Of a stretch of DNA of 64,000 nt, positions 62,780 through 64,000 are shown in pieces. The stretch lies in the NCBI RefSeq assembly GCF_030684315.1, contig NC_081356.1, positions 8,072,362-8,136,361 of the forward strand. The letters run 5' to 3'. The notes beneath the pieces are model-generated. The model ran no database searches and had not been told where the DNA came from. It was given only the letters and a program-made list of their open reading frames with translations. The stretch's first letter is position 1. Each line of letters opens with the position of its first letter. Source of the stretch: Stegostoma tigrinum (lineage: Eukaryota). The position numbers and the translations under genes are program-made.

Positions 62780-64000
62780 AAACTCATTTGGGTACAGCTT
62801 TGATGCTATTTCTGATCATTCCTACAATTCTATTCAACTTTCGGTATTAGAATTAGGCCTCAAAAGTTACACAGCAAAAGCAGATCCTCAGCTAAAATAA
62901 GTAAATATTATTTATCTGGATCTTATTAAACAAATTTGCTTTGTAAACATTTTCAGTGAGTTTTCTAATGTCAAAACATGAATACTTAGATGTTAATTTT
63001 AGATGTAATGAATACTTGTCATGACGCAAGAAATCTGGAGCCATGATATCTGCTAATCAAATAGCGATATGCTTTAGATATTGGAAAGGAATTTTTGGAA
63101 AGAAGCAAATTTTCACTTCAGTTAACTGAACTGTTTGGATTAAATTTGCAAACCAATAACTAATGCTTTAAAATTGATTAAAATTGAGACAATTTTCAGA
63201 AGCTGCTGAGTATTTTTTTTCTCTAAAATGTGTTGCTAATGTGTAAAAATGATCAGTTGTAGCCACCTCCTCAATTTCAGTGGAGATTGATCAGTTAAAT
63301 AAACAGCCTGGGCTTTATCTGGGAGCTGGCCGTTATGGCCTAGCATTTAATTTTATCGGATTGTAACCTCGGGACATAACAAAAACATTCATTCTCTTGT
63401 GTACTCGACTGGCTATTACATGTGCTCAATCTCTCCGCTAGCCAACCATTTGGTGAGAAAAGAGGCGTGATAATAACCATTAAGTTGCTTTGTAGCAAAT
63501 GTGTATAGGGAGTAACTGTTTTGATCATATTCACTTAGTTCAAGTGGCTCCAATTTCCTCCAACTAATTGTACAAATATTAATAAAGATCTTGCATCTCA
63601 CTATTAATGGATATTGCATTTCCCTTGCATAATTGATTTTGAATGCCATTTGTATAGTATCTGTATTGTGGTTTTTAACTGGCACCATTCAACAAAATCA
63701 TGGCACATCACCTTTCTCAATCCTATCAGCCTATATTATGCTCTTCAGGTTTTATTCCCCAAAAATCTGTCAACCTCTACATTGTAGGTTATAGTTAATA
63801 ACTAAAACAGCAGCTGTTGGAGCTGGATATTTTCAACGGTTGACAACAATAAGTAAAGAAATGTCTCCTGACCTCTGACATAAATGCGAAAGTGTGAAAC
63901 AGTTTCTTTATGCAACAAATTGTTAAGGTCAGGAATAGGGTCTGCCTGAGAATGTGGTGGACGCAGTTCAATCAATGTATTCAAAATGAAGCTGGACTGT

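Overview
This is repeat-rich vertebrate DNA in which I recognise no host exon, so it is probably intergenic or a large intron. The repeat content (HE1/V-SINE, many CR1 LINEs, Rex1/Babar, RTE, a Gypsy LTR element, a Tigger/pogo relic, Penelope-like elements) points to a cartilaginous fish, probably a shark; this is inference. The ORFs in the track are transposon remnants or noise. The most striking structure is about 24 short Penelope-like element (PLE) terminal-repeat insertions from three families (here A, B, C), plus one degenerate inverted RT+GIY-YIG PLE. Most carry an intact or decayed minimal hammerhead-ribozyme core (CUGANGA-N-stem II-GAAA-CG/GC-UH). Many are fold-back (inverted) structures flanked by 9-17 bp target-site duplications (TSDs), with a fixed ~32-34 nt tail on one arm. 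Several copies preserve mechanistic traces: (1) a near-perfect palindrome hinged at the predicted self-cleavage site; (2) foreign cargo between the arms; (3) a tandem trimer of the ribozyme core; (4) one copy whose only differences from its siblings are seven A-to-G changes on the RNA-sense strand, mirrored in both arms, suggesting a retrotransposed ADAR-edited RNA. All alignments were done by eye, and the boundaries of old repeats are approximate.
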